Assembly: GCF_009914755.1 (NCBI RefSeq)
Contig: NC_060931.1
Strand: one strand, 5' to 3'
Length of the DNA stretch: 64,000 bases
DNA from: the human T2T-CHM13v2.0 reference genome, Homo sapiens
Position numbers and translations under genes: made by a program. A model generated the notes under the pieces. It made no database searches. It was not told the origin of the DNA and worked only from the letters and a program-made list of their open reading frames with translations. This document shows, piece after piece, positions 59,831 to 64,000 of this stretch; position 1 is the first letter of the stretch, and each line of letters starts with the position of its first letter.

Positions 59831-61246
59831 GAACTACCCCATTAAGCTTTATATTTTAATTATATTTTATTTCTACATGTTCCTTTTGATACTTTTTCAA
59901 ATCTGCTGGGTCATTCTTCATAGTTTCTTATTTCCTGCTAATATTTTAAGCCTGCCTCAGGAGATATTAACTCTGTTGTGTTCTCTCATAATTCCAAATT
60001 ATGTGGCTCTATTTCCTATTTCTGTGTCTGGTGTGTGCCCATTTTTGTTCATGATGCCTTGCTTCCTTGCTATTTTCTCTGTGGGATAAGTATGTGTTTA
60101 GTCCAAGATGGGGAGGGGGGTATCTCCAAGGAGGATTTGTAATTCCTTATGCAATTGCTTTAGGGTGCTACTAGCCTAAATTCTGAGGTTGAAGGGTTTT
60201 TGGACCATCCACGTATTGTGAATTAGTGCAGCAGCCCTAAGGTTCAAGACTGGCAGTGACTCCCAGGGTTGTTGGGGGCAGATTTATGTTTATTTCTATT
60301 TCATATTTATACCTAGGGCATAGCCCTTTGGGGTTCCAGTCTTAGGGAAGGAGGATCTTCTATTTCACTCCTCACTTTGGGCAGGTCCTGAACACTTACC
60401 TTCTCCACAGTGAGGCTGTGAAACTCAAGTTCAGCTGCTTGGACAAATGCTCTCAAGGCAATGGCCTCAGTGCTTAGCTAGTCCCTGAGTTTTCATCTTT
60501 ACTTAGTTCTTGGCCTGAGTACTCCTGTTTTGCCAGCTCATGGGTTTATTTTCTATATCTAAGGTCACCATTTTTCATTATCAGAAGGATAACTAGTCAA
60601 GGTAGCTGCCCACCATATTGCCAGAGATACAAATGTCTCCCTGAACACTTGAGGTCTCATACCATCAAAATTCTCATCTCACCTTGTCAACCATTCCTTT
60701 GATATCTTCCACTGACCACTGAGAATTGGTCTTCAAGCCCCAGTCCTTGGCAGTACAAAGGGTAATTAGGGAGTGTTGACCTACAATTACCTAATGCCAC
60801 TATGATAACTCCCCAGTAACGGAACTCAGCTTACATGCTTACCCAAATTGCAGCCTTAATTTCACTATAAAATTTTCTCTGGCTGCCTTACCAAGTTCAT
60901 TGTTTATATCATTATCACTAATTTCTTTTCTCCAAATGTAAAATTTTTAGTTTAAATCATGAACAAAGCGATGTTGTTTTCCTTTGAAACACCCCCTTTT
61001 TCTCTAAGTCTATCCTAATTCCAGGTCTTACTACTTCTTATAGAGGTGAATCCAACATGTTTTGTTCACTTACCTGCCTTCACTGTGTCTACTTTCAAAT
61101 TAATCTTTCTGGAATAGTTTTTATTATATCCCCTCCCCCCACAAAAAATTAAAACTATTCCTTATTTTCCCTCTGATAATTTTAGTTCAACACATTTTGA
61201 GCAAATGCCTATAAAATGCCAAGCAATCTACAAAAATTTGGGATAC

Positions 61247-62035
61247 TGTCAGTTTTCTATTGCTGCTGTAACAAATTGCCACAAATTTAGTGGCTTAAAT
61301 GAGAACAACTAAAAACTATTGTTTTACAGTTCTATAGGTCAGAAGTCTGGTGGAGTCTCATTGGAGTAAAATCACTCTTAGTTCCTTGCATCTGTAGGAC
61401 TAAGGTCCCATTTTCCAAACCACTTTCCTGTCTTCCTCTTCCACTGTGAGGGGTTCACGTGATTCACTCGGGCCTTCCTGGATAATTCTGCCTTCCTCTT
61501 CCACTGTGAGGGGTTCACATGGCTCGCTTGGGCCTTCCTGGATAATGCAGGCTCATCGCCCCATCTCAAGGTCCTCAACCTTAATCACACCTGCAAAGTA
61601 TCTTTTGCCACTAAGCTAACATAGAAGCCACAGGTTCTGGGGATTAGGTCTAGGACAGGGATTCCCCAGCCCCCAGGTCACGTACCAGTACGAGTCCACG
61701 GCCTATTAGGAACTGGGCTGCACAGCAGCTGAGAGGTGGGCGAGTGAGCATTACCGCCTGAGCTCTGCCTCGTATCAGATGACTGGCAGCATTAGATTCT
61801 CATGGGAGCACGAACTCTATTGTGAACTGCACATGCCAAGCATCTGGGTTGCGTACTTCTTATGAGAATCTAATGCCTGAAGATCTGAGGTTGAACAGTT
61901 TCATCCTGAAACATACCCTAAACCCCTACCCAATCTATGGGAAAATTATCTTCCATGAAACCACTCCCTGGTGCCAAAAAGGTAAGGGGCTGCTGGTCTA
62001 GGGTATCTTTGGGGGGCTATAATTCCACCTACCAC
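61247..62035 (-). mobile_element. MLT1 LTR with an internal 60-bp duplication (61432-61545), interrupted by MER1
   Basis: ctattgctgctgtaacaaattgccacaaatttagtggcttaa...cttaatcacacctgcaaag. Confidence 0.7.
61656..61995. mobile_element. MER1-like hAT (Charlie) DNA transposon
   Basis: CAGGG...GCTG ends; 8-bp TSD GTCTAGG(A/G) at 61648-61655 and 61996-62003. Confidence 0.85.
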
Positions 62036-62379
62036 AGATAACATAGGTGAAGAAGGCCTCAATCTGTCTCTGAGGCTTCATTAACGCAGAGAGAAACAGA
62101 GTGCGAACAAGTAACCACTCACCTCTAAGACATCTATTCCATTGTATCAGAGAGGGCTGAGGACACAAAGAGGAGGAAACTAGAAAGAATGTTTATAAAG
62201 ATCAGGAAGGCCTTACAGTCTAAATGAGGGGAAAGCTTGCCAGATAGGAATGGGAGTTCTTCTAATAGGAAGAGATAGCATATAAAGTGAGAGAGGCCTG
62301 TGAAGTGTTTGGCAAGCTTGGGTAATCACAACTGATTCCATGTGACTAATGGGAGTAAGGGGGTGGGATGGTGACATTA

Positions 62380-62593
<214 letters not shown>

Positions 62594-63599
62594 TTAGCAT
62601 TAATATGAGAAACAGAATCTTATTTCAGGAAAATTACTCCTGGAACAGTACAGAGGTCAACCTGAAAGGAAAGCGACTGGAGAAAAGGAGACAAATGTAA
62701 AACCTTGCTAACATTTACAAGAGGAAAAGAAATGAACACAGTGAGCGTGGGGAGAGGTAGATATGAACAGCTCTGCAGTTGGAGGAACAAACCTTGGAAA
62801 TAAGGAGAGGTGACCTGTGTTTAGCTGCACCCCTAGAGGGTGGAATCGGCTGAGGAGCAAGCCCAGCAACACTGAAGTTCAGAGATGGAGCGGCTGGGCG
62901 GTGGGCGAGAGAAACTCTTCGGGGACACATGTGGTTCATTTCAGGAGGTAGCTAAACTTTCTACAAAGTTAGTACGTAATTACACACTTATTTTTTAATT
63001 CAACAAAGTAATTTGGGAGAGCTTCATGGGGAGCAGCACTGAGGTTTAAAGAGCTGAGGATACAATTATCTTCATTTAACTTTCTATGCTAAAATATTTC
63101 TTAAAAATAAAGTTGTGCAGCTATTACTATTCAAATATTTCCTTAAATTACCAAATATTTGCTAGATTGACATATGTTGTTTAACTTTTCCTAATGAGAC
63201 TAAACTCCTAGAGCTAGGATACGCAGTATTTCTTCCAAGTTTCCTCTCAATACCTAGCAGATAGATTAAAAACACACTTTTTGTGAGCTATCAGGTAGAT
63301 ACTTTTAATTATCCTACACAAAGAAACAATCTTGGGATGATTTGGATGGATTATCTATGTCTTCATCATTGGCATTCACATTGCTTGCCATTCTTACTTG
63401 CCAGTGTTACAGAATTCAGGGTATACTGAGGTGGCAGCTCGGTGATGGACAGCTGTTCATCTTCTCAATGATCAGCCACCCCTGGTCACTGCACGCTGGA
63501 AAAGTACCTAGTGCAAGGGAAGGACCTCCATTTTTTAATTGCACTTTATGTTAACTTCAAAACTGGCATTAATTCAGTTATTGGAAGACACTTAACTAT

Positions 63600-63925
63600 C
63601 TTTTGAATAATTTGAGTATATAAACATACATAATATCCTTTTTCAACTCTAAGTGGTGTGAAATCTAAACAGATCAAGTACTTCCAATGAAAATTTCAGA
63701 ATTGAGATGTTGTCTAAGTGTAAAATATACACTGGATTTTAAAGACTTGGCATCCCTCAAACAGTAAAAATATCTCAGTAATTTCTAAAAATATTGATTA
63801 CTTCTGGCAGAAGCAATATTTGGATGTATTGTCTACATATTAAAACTAATTTTAAAACATTTATTGTAGCTACTAAAAATGTTTAAATTACACATTGTTC
63901 CCATTATATTTCTATTAGATGACAC
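63600..63925. mobile_element. MER33-like DNA transposon
   Basis: gtgtaaaatatacactggattttaaagactt...cattatatttctattagat. Confidence 0.6.
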
Positions 63926-64000
63926 CGAGCCAGATGAAAATAGGATTAAATGAGATTTTCATGTAAGAAATAATTTGTCCGATCTAATCATTTTTTTCTA

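Overview
Primate (human or great-ape) genomic DNA, not microbial. The + strand at 2147-15560 holds the last six coding exons and 3' UTR of DPP6, the catalytically inactive DPP4-family Kv4 channel subunit; all six exons splice in phase. The rest is repeat-dense: Alu, L1, MaLR, LTR12, DNA transposons, and a ~10 kb decayed ERV1 provirus with an HERV-R(b)/PABL-type env. The main unexpected result is on the - strand at ~15.7-34.6 kb, possibly extending to ~35.7 kb. About 15-18 exon-like segments there, many with canonical splice sites, translate into peptides that match CatSper-gamma (CATSPERG) colinearly but carry stops and frameshifts. This looks like a dead multi-exon CATSPERG paralog lying tail-to-tail with DPP6. 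The comparison is by eye against a remembered CATSPERG sequence and needs tBLASTn/HMM confirmation. Also notable are a ~0.9 kb inversion that splits an LTR12 nested in an Alu, and a probable antisense promoter built from a CCAAT tandem repeat in the ERV leader. Repeat subfamily names come from recall of consensus sequences, and many repeat boundaries are approximate.
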